Shown here piece after piece: positions 9,901-19,627 of a DNA stretch of 64,000 nucleotides. The position numbers were made by a program, and so were the translations under genes. The DNA comes from a virus. The stretch lies in the IMG/VR virus record IMGVR_UViG_3300032093_000049, positions 1 through 64,000 of that record. One strand, 5' to 3'. The notes under the pieces are model-generated. The model was not told the origin of the DNA, searched no databases, and saw only the letters and a list, made by a program, of their open reading frames with translations. Each line of letters begins with the position of its first letter. Position 1 is the stretch's first letter.

Positions 9901-11768
9901 TGACCATAATTAAAATAACGGCTATTAAAGAAATCTTTAGGATTCTGATATACTTTATTTAATCTTTTAGCAATAGACTCTGCTGTTTCTTTTCTACCTT
10001 TTACATAGTTGTCATATCCTTTTGGATCTTTAACAAATTTGTGATAGTTATCAGCAAGAAGTTCATATCCACCAGTAAGAATTTTACTATAACCACCCAT
10101 TACAAATCCAGAAGCAAATGTTTCAAATCCTTCAGGACTTATTTGACTTAGCATTGCATCTTTGAGTAGACCTTTTTTATAGTCAAAAGTCATCTTGGCA
10201 GGCTCATAAAAAGCCTCAGTATATCTTTTTTGAGTGTAATCAGCAATTACATTTTGAAAGTTTTCCTGAAGACCTTCAGTTATGTTTGCTTTAAAATAAG
10301 CAGCTGCAGATCTACCATATGTAACAGGATTCTTTAATGCCTTTAAAGAATTTTTAAGATTAACTTCAACAGCTTTAAAACCTTCTTTAGTAAGAATAAC
10401 TTTAGCTTTGTTGTCAAGATTTAAAATATCCTCACTATAATTAGTCATTCTCTTCATTAGAGTACCCTTCATTAGTGAAGGCATCACCAGTTTATTACTT
10501 CCAAATATTAAAAAGCTATTATACAATACTGCATCGGCACCGGCTTGTTTTGCTGTTTGTCTAAATTCTTTTTGCTTCTCTGTATCTGGTGCTACACCAA
10601 ACTTAGAATAGTACTCATCATATAGTTGCTTGTATGTATTATTTTCAACAAATCCTCCTTCAAGTCTAGCTTCAGATAAAGCCATGTTCATATTTCTTAC
10701 ATCAAGATAGAATCCAGCAAATGTATTTTTAGCTCTTGCTAGTTTACCAATATTGTTAGCATTCTCTAAAATATTATCTCCTCCTCTAAGAGCTTTAATT
10801 GTATTATCAAAAGGATTTAAGAAATCACCTACTACTTTTGCAGAAGCATTAAATGCAGTTCTTGCTTCATTTACATTATCTAGATTTTTAAGATTGGCCA
10901 TTATTTTTGCACCATTCTTTGACATACTGTATAGTGCTTTTGGTATTTGAAATAAACCCTTCAATAAACCAGCTCCAGCACCTACACCAGCACCTACTCC
11001 TGCGCCACCAACACCACCTCTAGAACCTATAGCTGCTCCTATAAGTGCTTCTTCTGCGGCAGCTTCCACTAAGATACCTGCTGTATAGGCAAAACTATTT
11101 AGTGTATTATTAAGAAAGGCACCTACACCTCCTTTTGATGAATAACCAATAGCATTGGCTTCTTCATATGCTGCGGCTTCTGCAATATCTTGTCCAAAGT
11201 CACCAGTAAAAAGACCTGCGTAACTCTTAGGATTAGCAATAATACCTCTACCAAACAAAGGAAAGAATGATGTAGTAAACATTCTACTAAAATCATCTAG
11301 TATACTTGTATTTGCATTAAAGAGTGCTTCATTATTAATAAGAGGATTGAACCCTACCTTATCAAATGTTTTTTGTCCATATGCTAAATACCTTGCTCTA
11401 TGAGCCCCGTTAGCTGAGGGGTCATATGATTGTATTTTAGCATAAGCATCGTTATCTTGATAGTTATTTAATTGATTGTATGTATAATTAAAAAAAGCAT
11501 TAGCCTTTTGCTCAGCTGTCATTTTCCCTACTCTTGGAACTTGATCTGTGTAAGGTGGTAAACCGGTAATACTATCTTTAACCGGATACATTGAGTTATC
11601 CAAATTAGAATTTGGATTAACTCTTTGCACTGGAGAAGGAGTATTAATAGGTTCATATGTGGGCATGTTACCTTGAAAAGGTAGGAATGATTTAATATCA
11701 GTTGTACCTGAATCAAAAGGACCTAATGCTCCATTAAACTCTTCTGGATTTATATTCTGATCTACCAT
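3969..11768 (-). CDS. Giant (2599 aa) virion cargo/ejection protein with internal PD-(D/E)xK nuclease domain
   Basis: Long ORF, largely helical/coiled-coil. Gly/Ala hydrophobic segment near aa 225-270. GEIDLLLVD...IVDFKTG...YATQLTFY nuclease motifs at ~6290-6720. Confidence 0.75.
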   Translation of the reverse strand: MVDQNINPEEFNGALGPFDSGTTDIKSFLPFQGNMPTYEPINTPSPVQRVNPNSNLDNSMYPVKDSITGLPPYTDQVPRVGKMTAEQKANAFFNYTYNQLNNYQDNDAYAKIQSYDPSANGAHRARYLAYGQKTFDKVGFNPLINNEALFNANTSILDDFSRMFTTSFFPLFGRGIIANPKSYAGLFTGDFGQDIAEAAAYEEANAIGYSSKGGVGAFLNNTLNSFAYTAGILVEAAAEEALIGAAIGSRGGVGGAGVGAGVGAGAGLLKGLFQIPKALYSMSKNGAKIMANLKNLDNVNEARTAFNASAKVVGDFLNPFDNTIKALRGGDNILENANNIGKLARAKNTFAGFYLDVRNMNMALSEARLEGGFVENNTYKQLYDEYYSKFGVAPDTEKQKEFRQTAKQAGADAVLYNSFLIFGSNKLVMPSLMKGTLMKRMTNYSEDILNLDNKAKVILTKEGFKAVEVNLKNSLKALKNPVTYGRSAAAYFKANITEGLQENFQNVIADYTQKRYTEAFYEPAKMTFDYKKGLLKDAMLSQISPEGFETFASGFVMGGYSKILTGGYELLADNYHKFVKDPKGYDNYVKGRKETAESIAKRLNKVYQNPKDFFNSRYFNYGHQVLLSKTQDSEDLTPKEAVDALDDSFITNLTTILRTGTMHHFIDNFEKLKQLTPEEVEKELSLEAGEGQKALDRIDTIIARAKRMDKRYQASLKMQSGIDLNNFKEGTDEYRKAALLNEAFEVSRANLVFMGESFDRNLERIQTVSNEVLNLVNQSDKIAASDIMALTSTDRLTNELNILQTEIESLKGVTDPSAVKQLDKVTEKVEKLRRIQTSLSALDPSEFAITVSNSILQNIDETATDEEVKKAIEENFAEKAAEMAKEIVEDVKSSTIEYLKTITGGTNEYNILMNKLSSQEGIKSIDSLVSSIIDLQKLDAEAAALASAVTALSDPEEFLEHVNRNFKWMSDMYNNRSEYFKDVVNTSIEQKEYNDLLQKLADKGIYVDLDEFAAWIEDKRNLPTQFEDAVNKRIITQDTPLYREYLDLFLELADIQKEKPAGERANADELLKGRIAEEDEKMQKELDEAKKIYDQELKQEVGYNEKEIEDLKEVAVDTSEEEKQITAMSEAAKAIEDLPLLTEEDLTTQQAFVAEAKINFNITNEEFNNKLDEVLSNPEKIKASITLSKADSDTTLLRTDPGKQFLTYRYAIPELLKEKIEELQSKVDSAKESAEVVDIDVASTEAKKRYDAKVAEITQKYENIKADLVEEYRRQGAKATDASEAKAYVKVSIDTPWDQLPEDLKADLEKMFEKYRKEKFKSEKDPARLSILKQNWLKTQGSFIEAYNTSKAGERETEEVLVAEPPTLTFKPVTPEELRTKNLEELSKLIKDMQFQYSSKTIVDAKGKTKTLTKAQLEQLNKEIRALQGYLSYRRSVADITTPEAEIVSTIEALIKDGSENVEVIKDKNGRTIGRRIKGIDYEEGEYATRVTSEKERVVKAIDPNYKAYVYNALREPIVTDPNTGQLVKKPSKIETMVKRVEILNYATEEEKVNAFIEQLKSAFGKGEIQKFGAQWKYDRLKDYFLGAEPKEFNFENVKEIVTELADKESSETGTLIDSLSRDYLAGKPIKRPSTMSEKAFKNLKEVLNKILDKAKDGKLTLVPKDILLYDPNYVSEDGKKGITGEIDLLLVDSDGNFYIVDFKTGHSGVWKNFNAQPQTIDLSEAYTWSIKDAPKLTDLDAVNWEALGYESYEEFNASYDNDIKSISVLSTEGSDKKGIINGTIKVYFEKGAGKKAVNIDVEFKKPTYVFTPEFSRRPEYATQLTFYRNLFANMTGIMPKEIRILPIETKINEEAQIESLQLASIADPESGFITIEPVDMVNELVPVTLAPSAKRAKPKADIEAKKADIEKELEKVKERKIGNTFTLGKDVRIIVNGLPGIIKKGETITIKNVSAPGKSKLTGVLSKDAPDRTHYSFDVTGFKGEIINKPGQAPVTHMLSEPELLASINAKYDELAALEEEEVEDQNIYEEYVPESYEIKDNVDKTVIYNGQIGTLVLFAHEDGDYGVETEDSIYPINTTEKTNILELGLNTIRLNPEMFNQPVINGKVYDITKQSDDVYIVNGVEYTIERYARKKGIKNLRYRANDAEINNVQKQIAEVDAKYQQLLEKSGQLSDDEKLTEGLQLVQQLAAMEYKLNFLGKKVNQLVEDNKVVISKNQDLINAIQSLPESFANSNTPEEEEEDLDDIKNKSDNSAAIQDMYDIMAESMPANFDKLITDINSLTKQDLDSFANYVNSIIPKLEQLKSEYEGKDRLTTNITNEIDVLGQLLNFITSIKTNKDGRVRKVQTAAVQREQARLQQDVDESAVQEPEPGKAARVSQQQAKQKRRRQVNSDLLQPMIYSLIVQPTIVEAEPTEEQVIDLEEINTLFENATAETLDDIYIDLIQKLSKGEINLPNSNYIDKLYKDKVKEFSTTVSAKTVQKGDILVRKNDNKIFTVTDIVDEGVEVTNESTNEKMFISNKDLKNKYLKHYMEGIKEEEVLDEVFDESDESASEETVESLEDAINDPDEVQSIVDKLSQLSKEERRSRLRKNSKCD

Positions 11769-11770
11769 GA

Positions 11771-14700
11771 TTATCTTTTAAGTGTTAACGGTTGATTAGC
11801 TCTATATGCTTCCATTTCTTTTTGTTGACGTATTCCTTCTACAGCAAGTTTGTAATCACTTATATTAATACTTGACTGTTTAGCAAATTGATTACGAAGC
11901 ATAAGATAAGTCATGTCCAAATTTTTCCCAAAGTTTACTTCAGGCATAACTCTTGTTTCAGTTACCATTTTACCTGTAAAATCATTTATTTGTTTAGTAG
12001 TAAGGAGAACTCTATATCCTGTTGAAGCGGTATTATCTTTTATAATTTGGAATCCACCACTATACGGATCCTCATATTTAATAGCTGCTTTACCATTATC
12101 AGTCATATTTAAAATTGCTTCTAGTCCTCCAATTTTAGCATTTGTAAACAATTCATTTTTCCATGTACTTCTTGGAGCAGCAATTGCAATACCATTCTGT
12201 ACCATACGGTTAGCTTGCTCTTGGGTTATCATACCTGGTTTTTTGTCAGTTCCAATAAGTGATTGAAGTGCGTCAAGCTTTGGATAAAAAACCATTACTC
12301 CTTTATTTCTATCTTCTTTTCCAATCTGTCCTTGATAAAGTTCAGGGTCTTGAAATTTTTCTCCTTTATTTAATAAGTTAGTATAGAGTGAAAGAACCTG
12401 CATTCCTATGTTTCTTCTTGCATCAGGACTTTCTAATTCATCATTATCAAATCCTGTTACATTGTTTCCATCAAATGAGAATTCATACTGTGATTTAGAA
12501 AGCTTTTGCATGTCACCACTTGCAAACTGAACAAATGCATTATAACCTGGTGTACCGTTTGCATTAAGATTTACAAATCTTCCTGAGTTTTGAGAAGTAA
12601 TTGCAAACTTACCACCTTCAGATTTAATATCATTAATAGAATCAGTAACAGATACAAGTTTGTTAGATACAGTAAGAGATATCAACTTTTCTTTATATTG
12701 TTTATACAAAGTACTTAGTTCTTCTTCAGTTTGATATCCAGATCTTTTTCTACCAGAAGTTGGATCTAAATTAAATTCTTTTGCATACCAGTTTCTAATA
12801 AGTCTATCTCTTCTTGATGCATCATTAAAAATATACTTCCCTTCTTTGCTATTCCTAACTCTTGTAATAAATGCATCAAACTCTTTCTGTTGCTTAGCAG
12901 AAAGTGGATATTTTTGTTGAATTCTTTTACTGCTACGATCTCCTTGATAGCCTGTTAAATAATCAAGATCTTTTAGTTCACCAATTCTTCCTTCAACTAA
13001 ATCTTGTGATAATAATTGGTCTTTTGCTTTTTTAATAAAAGTTTCTTCATCCAATACTTGACCATCGTTCCAGAATACTTTTGCAAACTGATTACTTTCA
13101 CTATCTTGAAATTCCTTTTCAAATATTTCAGTATTTTTATCTGACGCTAATTGATAAGCTCTCTTACTAAGAAGATACCTATCAAAATTGACATTCATTT
13201 TAGTTTCAGGTAAATCTGGATTAAAGACAAGTTGTCCATTTGCCTGACCAACAATACCAAAATAATTTAATGCTGTTTGATCACCAACAGCAACTCTTTC
13301 ATACATGAATCTATCTACACCATCTTTAACCTTTTTAAGTTGATCAAAGTTTTTATCCTGTAAAAATTTAGCTGGACTCTCTGCCATCTCCTTAAGTGCA
13401 GCTACAGGATTAGCAACAGTTCTTGATGCTCTAGATAAAAATCCTTCTGTCCAAGGTTGAGTTGCTCTTTTTAATGCCATACCTGCTGAGATATGTTGAC
13501 TTAACATATCATCAGTTGACAAACGGCCATAGTTCATCATTCCTTCTCCAAGTATACCTGAGAGTTGACCGTTTGATACATTATTTCCTCTTTGATATGC
13601 AGAAAGTAAACCACTCATACTTTTGACCCAAGACTCACCGTATTCTTCTCCAGCTTCTTGAATAAAGTCTTCATTTTGTTCCTGCATACTAAATGGTTCA
13701 GTCGTTGCACCAGAACCTGCATCTACTTTTACTAGTGTCTGATCATACTTAGGATTGACTTTAATTGCACCTGTTACATTGTCAATCACATAGTAATTAG
13801 TTTTTAAACCATACTCAACAGCAAGATTTTTTTCATCTGCTTTTCTTTTCATCTCAACAAGCTTCTCCCTATTTGACTGCCTAAAACTTTCAAGGGCATA
13901 AGGATCTGCTTCTACTGATACTTTGTAATCTTTAAATGAATATACATAAGCTGCTTCTGCTATATCTTGATTCATTAACATTGCTGCAGTACCAGCATCT
14001 ACTTTAGATCTAAGTATATCTAACTCTTCTGCTTGTTCTGGAGTATAACTATTTGTGGTAGATGTTGAGTTACCATCAGACATTGTTTCTTGAAGCTGAG
14101 TATTATATGCATCAGTTGCATCAATTGGACCTGAAGCTTCTTCTAGTCTTCTAAGATACTCTTCTGTAAACATTGTGCCATTACCTGACTCTATGGCCTG
14201 TACTGCTTCCCTTTTGTTGGTATCATTAACAACCTTTTCTTGAGAACTCTCAGCTTTATTCTGGTTTACATAGTTTTGAATAGTACCATATTGCTCAGTA
14301 AGATACGCTCTTTCTGCAGCTACTAGGTCTCCTTCAAATCTTGAAGCATTCTGAGTTACATAATCTTTTCTATTTACATAAGCTTGTGTTCTATAGATAT
14401 CTTGTAACTGTGGATCATTTGAAGCATGAGCTTTAAACAAGTATGTAAGTGGCTCTATTATTTGTTTACCGTTCTTTGTAATTATTTTGTACCTACCGTC
14501 CTCAGACCAACTAGGGGTTTCTGCTTGAATTCCAGAAGCCTTAGCAAGATCCATATAAAGCTTGTTTATGTTTTTATATGGGGTGTATTCTACATTTTGA
14601 AATCTTAATGACTCATCATCAGATACTGATCTAAATTCTTCACGCATATAATCCATAGCACGTACTCCAGTATCCCAGTACATTTCACGGTTCTTTTCAT

Positions 14701-15088
14701 CTTTAGAGTTCTTAAGATTTAAAGCACCTGTTCTATTATTAATGTAGTTTTTAGTCCAAGCCATATCTTTCATCAGAAACTGATCTTCATAAAATGGCTT
14801 GAAGACTTGAAGAGCTTGTTCTACATTTTGTTCAAGAGATAAATCTAGCCCTGATATTCTACGTAGATTAAAATCAATTTGTTTTATTAATTCATCTTTT
14901 TTTGCAATGTTATTTTCACGTGAAAGATCAGAATAGAAGTATTGACCATAAATCTTATTTAATGCTTTCCAGTTACTGTCATACTGAGTTTGCTTTGTCT
15001 GAAGAACATTAGCATAAAAATTTAAGTCAGGATCAAATGGTTGAAACTGGGGTATGTAATCTTCGACACCTTGTAAATACGTAGCCAT
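11771..15088 (-). CDS. Large (1105 aa) putative virion cargo/ejection protein
   Basis: Long ORF in the giant-gene block, 2 nt from the next gene; no recognisable catalytic motif. Confidence 0.6.
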   Translation of the reverse strand: MATYLQGVEDYIPQFQPFDPDLNFYANVLQTKQTQYDSNWKALNKIYGQYFYSDLSRENNIAKKDELIKQIDFNLRRISGLDLSLEQNVEQALQVFKPFYEDQFLMKDMAWTKNYINNRTGALNLKNSKDEKNREMYWDTGVRAMDYMREEFRSVSDDESLRFQNVEYTPYKNINKLYMDLAKASGIQAETPSWSEDGRYKIITKNGKQIIEPLTYLFKAHASNDPQLQDIYRTQAYVNRKDYVTQNASRFEGDLVAAERAYLTEQYGTIQNYVNQNKAESSQEKVVNDTNKREAVQAIESGNGTMFTEEYLRRLEEASGPIDATDAYNTQLQETMSDGNSTSTTNSYTPEQAEELDILRSKVDAGTAAMLMNQDIAEAAYVYSFKDYKVSVEADPYALESFRQSNREKLVEMKRKADEKNLAVEYGLKTNYYVIDNVTGAIKVNPKYDQTLVKVDAGSGATTEPFSMQEQNEDFIQEAGEEYGESWVKSMSGLLSAYQRGNNVSNGQLSGILGEGMMNYGRLSTDDMLSQHISAGMALKRATQPWTEGFLSRASRTVANPVAALKEMAESPAKFLQDKNFDQLKKVKDGVDRFMYERVAVGDQTALNYFGIVGQANGQLVFNPDLPETKMNVNFDRYLLSKRAYQLASDKNTEIFEKEFQDSESNQFAKVFWNDGQVLDEETFIKKAKDQLLSQDLVEGRIGELKDLDYLTGYQGDRSSKRIQQKYPLSAKQQKEFDAFITRVRNSKEGKYIFNDASRRDRLIRNWYAKEFNLDPTSGRKRSGYQTEEELSTLYKQYKEKLISLTVSNKLVSVTDSINDIKSEGGKFAITSQNSGRFVNLNANGTPGYNAFVQFASGDMQKLSKSQYEFSFDGNNVTGFDNDELESPDARRNIGMQVLSLYTNLLNKGEKFQDPELYQGQIGKEDRNKGVMVFYPKLDALQSLIGTDKKPGMITQEQANRMVQNGIAIAAPRSTWKNELFTNAKIGGLEAILNMTDNGKAAIKYEDPYSGGFQIIKDNTASTGYRVLLTTKQINDFTGKMVTETRVMPEVNFGKNLDMTYLMLRNQFAKQSSINISDYKLAVEGIRQQKEMEAYRANQPLTLKR

Positions 15089-15148
15089 AGTTTTTTATCT
15101 CTTTTGTAAAACTATTAAAATTTTAAAAGTTTACTAAACTTATTAAGT

Positions 15149-18100
15149 TTAGTAGAACATGAATGGGAAAACATTGCTACCCATTACATAAACACCTCCT
15201 GCTGTGTCACCACCTTCTTTTCTATTATCATAAAGTGCCATCATAGCTTCAGCTGGGTACATGCTATTTGTAGCACTTCCTGTAGACTTATTATAATCTA
15301 TAATTGCAAGTTTAGTAGCTTGTTCCTCATCCTTAGTAAGGTTATAGTACTTCTGATAAAGATCTTCAAGTTCAGTTCCTCTCTCTGGTCTTGGAGTTTT
15401 ATAACCTGGTTTCTTTAGTAGTCTTCCACCAATTGATGGATCAACAGCATAATCAGGATATAGTTGATTAAGTGCATCTGTTTTCCATCTGTTAGTAATT
15501 GCACTCTTTAATTGATCTTCAAGATACTTTTTATCAGCAAGTTTAGTATTTTGTTTTTTAGCCAACATGTAATTCATTTGATCTACATACTGCTGAGCTG
15601 CTGCTGCTCTTGCTGCTGATTCTTTGTTTCTTATATCTACACCTGCATATTCATCTTGTCTAGCAAGTTGAACATTTGCATCATTGTATCTTGAAAGAAT
15701 GTCTGCTACATCTCTTGATTCCTCACCCATTATTTTAGATGCTACACTACCATAGCTTTGAGGCCCCATTGTTTTACTTAGGTAGTTAAGAACTTTATTG
15801 GTAGTTTCTTCACGGGCAGCAACTTCTCTAGCAGAATCTAAGAATGGTCCTCTTGGTTCTTCAAAGTCAACTCTTTGAGATGAAGGATACTGATCTTGTC
15901 TGCTATACATTCTGTTAAATGCACCTGCAGTAGCTATTGTATCTTGTAACCAATACGGAGCATACTGAGGTACCGGTACATTAATAGGCATTGGATTACC
16001 TTCAGGATCTGGAACTTCTTTATTTATAAGTTCACCTGGAGAGTATTCATACTTAACATCAGGACTAAAACCAAATGCATCAAAGTGTTCAAACCCTGCA
16101 AGTTGTTCATCACCTATAACTGGTCTTGCTCCTTCTTTACTAAGAACACCTTCAATACCACGTGTTACATCAGCATATCTTGTTTTATAAAAGTCAGGCT
16201 TGAGTAGTTCCTCATCATTTGCAGGTACATTAGGTATACCTAACATAGTAAGATAATCTCTTCTGAACTTTGCTTTAAGAACTGGATCATTATAAACTTG
16301 ATCTACAATTGCAAAAGCTTCATTATCATTATTTCCTGCTCCTCTTGCTTTTTCAAAAATAAATCTCTTCTCATAGTCTTCAGGAGTAAATCCAGCAACA
16401 AAAGAACCAGTTCCTTTATATACTCCTTTTTCTGTTCTTGAGTAACCTTCAGTTGCTGATTGTTTTTTTACAACATACTTATCAGTACCAAAATCTGCAT
16501 TTGAATTTAAAGCTCTACTAAGAATAATTCTATCTTGGAAACCAGGGTTAAACTTACCGGTTATTCTAATTTGAGAACAACTCTTATCTAAACAAAGTAT
16601 TGTCTTATCAATATAAATACCTTTTTCAATAATTGCATTTGCTCTTTCTATAATTTGTTTATTCTCAGGAGCCTGAGACATAAAGTCCTGAACTGTTTGT
16701 TTTTTAGTTCCTGTATCTACTGCAACTTTTCTAGGGTCAAACTTAACAGCAGTTACCTTTCTATAAGTGCCATCAGGTTGTAATACAAACTCTCCGGTTT
16801 TAAGATTCCATGCATCTTTTGAAGTTTTAATTACAGCACCTTCAGGTAATGATTCTTTAGTATATACTTTAGGTGAAGTTTTTACTTCTCCTTTATCTTG
16901 ATATTTATCTAACTCACCACCTTGTTTGTACATATAGTCACTTGGAGCAAACGGTAAATCATAACCACCCATAGTCATACCATACATAGCCATTGGAGCT
17001 TGCATCATTTCATCTTCTGCAGGCATTCCTTCTTCTGATGTCATAGCCATCATATCCATTTCTTCAGGAGTTGCTTCTGCTTGTGCTTCAGCAAGTTTAC
17101 TTTTAGGAAGAATGTCTTCATCTCTAAGACCCATTGATTCCATGTAAGGTCTAGCTACTTCTGGTATACCTTGAGGGAAACCTTTTTTAGATTCTTGTGC
17201 TAATGCAAGAGCACCTAGTTTAATATTAAACTGTTTAATCATTAACTCAGCAGTTTTCTTTTCTAACTTATCTGAGTTAGGATCCTGAAGTACCTTACGG
17301 TATGTATTAATGTCATACTGTTTTGCAAGATCAGCTGGAGTGTATCCTCCTTTTTTAGGAGTTTTGCCAAACATCTTAAGAATCTTAGGATCTGTAATCT
17401 TCATAGATCTAGTATCACTAAAGATAAATGTACCATCAGGAAGGTTTAGAGGTACACCACCTGAACTATGTCTAGGACCAGTAATCTTGTAGTGTTCTGG
17501 GAAACCATCACCATTGATATCTCCATATGCTGTTTCACCGCCTTCTGCTTCTAGATTAGCTTCTTCTCTTGGTACTCTAGAGATTGAATCTTTTACTTCT
17601 ACTTTCTTTTCTCCTGTGTACTGATCAATATCATTACCACCCATAGCAGTTGGAATGATTGCTAGAGAACCAAATCTTTGTGGATATGGTGTTCCTCCTT
17701 TTGCCATTATAGCTCCACCTTTCTGTCCACGGCCTATTACTCCTTCAAAACCTTCTCCTTGTGGTGCTCCAGGTTTCTGAGCAGTAAATGCAGTTTCACG
17801 GTTAGGAAAATATCTACCAGGTTCAGTATAGAAAGTATCTGCTGCAATGTTATCCATAGTTTGACCTTCATACATATTACGCATAGCTTGTCTTCTGCCT
17901 TTGTCAAACATTTCTGCTACTTGACCTACCTTATTTCCAATAACGTTTGTAGCTAATAGAGCTTGCTGAGGATCAAATTCTTTTAGTTCATAAGTACTTT
18001 GTTCCCAGTCTTTAAGAAACTGATCTGAGCTTGGTTCTTCAAGACCCCATGATTCCATTATTTCAGGACGGGTCTTATCCCAAACTTCCTGCATTGATTT

Positions 18101-19570
18101 TGGTTTAAGAAAAGGTATGTCTTGGTTTTGATTGTTTACCTGATTACCTTGATCTATACCTTGAAACTTTTGAAGTCCGTATTGAGCTTGTATAGGTTTT
18201 GTAAACATCTTAGACATGAACCCTTTAAAGCTTCTTGTTTTATCTTCATTGGGTTGAAACATTTTTTTGAAACCATACTTAGTTCTTTCACCTAGATTAG
18301 CAAAAGGTCCTTGTCTGTCTTTATCTTTTCTTCTATTTCTTTTTTCTTCAGTTAAATCAGATTCAGACTCAGCTTGATCATACAAAGGTCTATATGTATA
18401 TTTTTTAGCACCTGGTCCTAATCTTTCTTTAGTCATACTAAATCCTGTTGGCATTTCACCAGTAGGACCTGTAAATGGTAAAGTAGTATTTAGGTATTGA
18501 GGCATACCTGGGATATATTTTTTTCTTCCCTGATTAAAAGGAAGAAATGCATTAAAGATATTATCAGTAGAGTATGGTACAGGATTATAATAGTATCCTT
18601 GATAAGGATTACCAGTCATTTTACCGGCAGCCATAAAAGCTTTTTCTTGATCAGTAAGTTCTTGTTCAGGAGCTTCACTTGTAAATGATAAGTCAGTAAG
18701 TCTTAACTCTGGATTTGCAGCAGATTGTTCTTTCCAATATTCTGCCTCTTCCTGTGATAATGACTTAGAATTACCCCATCTATCTGTTACAGTTAAACCT
18801 GCTTGAGCTCTTGTTAAATCAGGTATAGAAGGATCATTACCTCCATATACAAACTTATACAAGTCACCACCTGTCATTCCACCAAACTGTTGTTCAAAAA
18901 AGCTTTCAGCTTGTTTTTCAATTTGAGACAGTACTACATTGTTTTTTATAGTAGAAAGAAAGTCTGTAGTTTTCTTTTGTCTACCATCCATTATATCTGT
19001 TGAGTCTGCTGTTTCTTGTGGCTGATCAATAGTATCACCTAATTGTTTTTTAGCAAGTTTGACTGCAGACCTAACAAATTTATTTTTAAGTTTATCTGTA
19101 GAACCACCTTCTTTTGCTGTTGGTTGTTCATATAGAAGCTCATTCATAAAGTTTTCATCTTCTTGAACAAACTCCTCTTCTTGAGCTAATTGCTGTCTTT
19201 TTCTTTCTTCAGCAATTAAATCTTCTTGAATAGAAAGTTGATCACTTAATGGTGCTTCACTTTGTGCAGTTTGTTCTTGTGCAGAGTTAGACTGTGCTTG
19301 CTGAAGATATTGAGCAGCAGCATTTATTATTCGTGTTGCTGCTTCTTCTCCATAAGATTTTGCTAATTGAGCGTATACTTGATTAGGGTCATTTCCTTGA
19401 CCTCCTAAGTCAACTGGTGCAATAAGACTGACAACTTTCATTACAAGTTGTTGTGGATCAACTTGTTGCTGTTGAGTTCCATATTGAGCTCTTGTAATAA
19501 AGTCTGAAAGTGGTGTAACTACTTTACCTCCATCTTCAGCTTTATAAATTCTAACTCTTCTTTTTTCCAT
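15149..19570 (-). CDS. Virion cargo protein (crAss-like cargo protein 1-type), 1473 aa, with many xxGG motifs
   Basis: Core ANLEAEGGETA...GPRHSSGGVPLNLPDGTFIFSD...TPADLAKQY resembles crAss-like cargo proteins as I recall them. Gln/Met-rich low-complexity linkers; more than 10 K/A-x-x-G(G) motifs. Confidence 0.65.
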   Translation of the reverse strand: MEKRRVRIYKAEDGGKVVTPLSDFITRAQYGTQQQQVDPQQLVMKVVSLIAPVDLGGQGNDPNQVYAQLAKSYGEEAATRIINAAAQYLQQAQSNSAQEQTAQSEAPLSDQLSIQEDLIAEERKRQQLAQEEEFVQEDENFMNELLYEQPTAKEGGSTDKLKNKFVRSAVKLAKKQLGDTIDQPQETADSTDIMDGRQKKTTDFLSTIKNNVVLSQIEKQAESFFEQQFGGMTGGDLYKFVYGGNDPSIPDLTRAQAGLTVTDRWGNSKSLSQEEAEYWKEQSAANPELRLTDLSFTSEAPEQELTDQEKAFMAAGKMTGNPYQGYYYNPVPYSTDNIFNAFLPFNQGRKKYIPGMPQYLNTTLPFTGPTGEMPTGFSMTKERLGPGAKKYTYRPLYDQAESESDLTEEKRNRRKDKDRQGPFANLGERTKYGFKKMFQPNEDKTRSFKGFMSKMFTKPIQAQYGLQKFQGIDQGNQVNNQNQDIPFLKPKSMQEVWDKTRPEIMESWGLEEPSSDQFLKDWEQSTYELKEFDPQQALLATNVIGNKVGQVAEMFDKGRRQAMRNMYEGQTMDNIAADTFYTEPGRYFPNRETAFTAQKPGAPQGEGFEGVIGRGQKGGAIMAKGGTPYPQRFGSLAIIPTAMGGNDIDQYTGEKKVEVKDSISRVPREEANLEAEGGETAYGDINGDGFPEHYKITGPRHSSGGVPLNLPDGTFIFSDTRSMKITDPKILKMFGKTPKKGGYTPADLAKQYDINTYRKVLQDPNSDKLEKKTAELMIKQFNIKLGALALAQESKKGFPQGIPEVARPYMESMGLRDEDILPKSKLAEAQAEATPEEMDMMAMTSEEGMPAEDEMMQAPMAMYGMTMGGYDLPFAPSDYMYKQGGELDKYQDKGEVKTSPKVYTKESLPEGAVIKTSKDAWNLKTGEFVLQPDGTYRKVTAVKFDPRKVAVDTGTKKQTVQDFMSQAPENKQIIERANAIIEKGIYIDKTILCLDKSCSQIRITGKFNPGFQDRIILSRALNSNADFGTDKYVVKKQSATEGYSRTEKGVYKGTGSFVAGFTPEDYEKRFIFEKARGAGNNDNEAFAIVDQVYNDPVLKAKFRRDYLTMLGIPNVPANDEELLKPDFYKTRYADVTRGIEGVLSKEGARPVIGDEQLAGFEHFDAFGFSPDVKYEYSPGELINKEVPDPEGNPMPINVPVPQYAPYWLQDTIATAGAFNRMYSRQDQYPSSQRVDFEEPRGPFLDSAREVAAREETTNKVLNYLSKTMGPQSYGSVASKIMGEESRDVADILSRYNDANVQLARQDEYAGVDIRNKESAARAAAAQQYVDQMNYMLAKKQNTKLADKKYLEDQLKSAITNRWKTDALNQLYPDYAVDPSIGGRLLKKPGYKTPRPERGTELEDLYQKYYNLTKDEEQATKLAIIDYNKSTGSATNSMYPAEAMMALYDNRKEGGDTAGGVYVMGSNVFPFMFY

Positions 19571-19587
19571 AATATGTTATATATAAC

Positions 19588-19598
19588 AATATACTAAA
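19588..19598 (-). promoter_or_regulatory. Candidate phage late promoter motif TTTAGTATATT
   Basis: Recurring intergenic TTnGTATATT motif, 17 nt upstream of the 19570 ATG. Confidence 0.5.
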
Positions 19599-19627
19599 TT
19601 AAAAGTTATGTAATAAACTTTATAAGT

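Noticed and set aside
1-15088. Definite virion RNA polymerase call
   Set aside because: No DxDxD catalytic loop is seen in the 2599-aa or 1105-aa proteins, or in the parts of the truncated gene I translated; it may lie outside the window.
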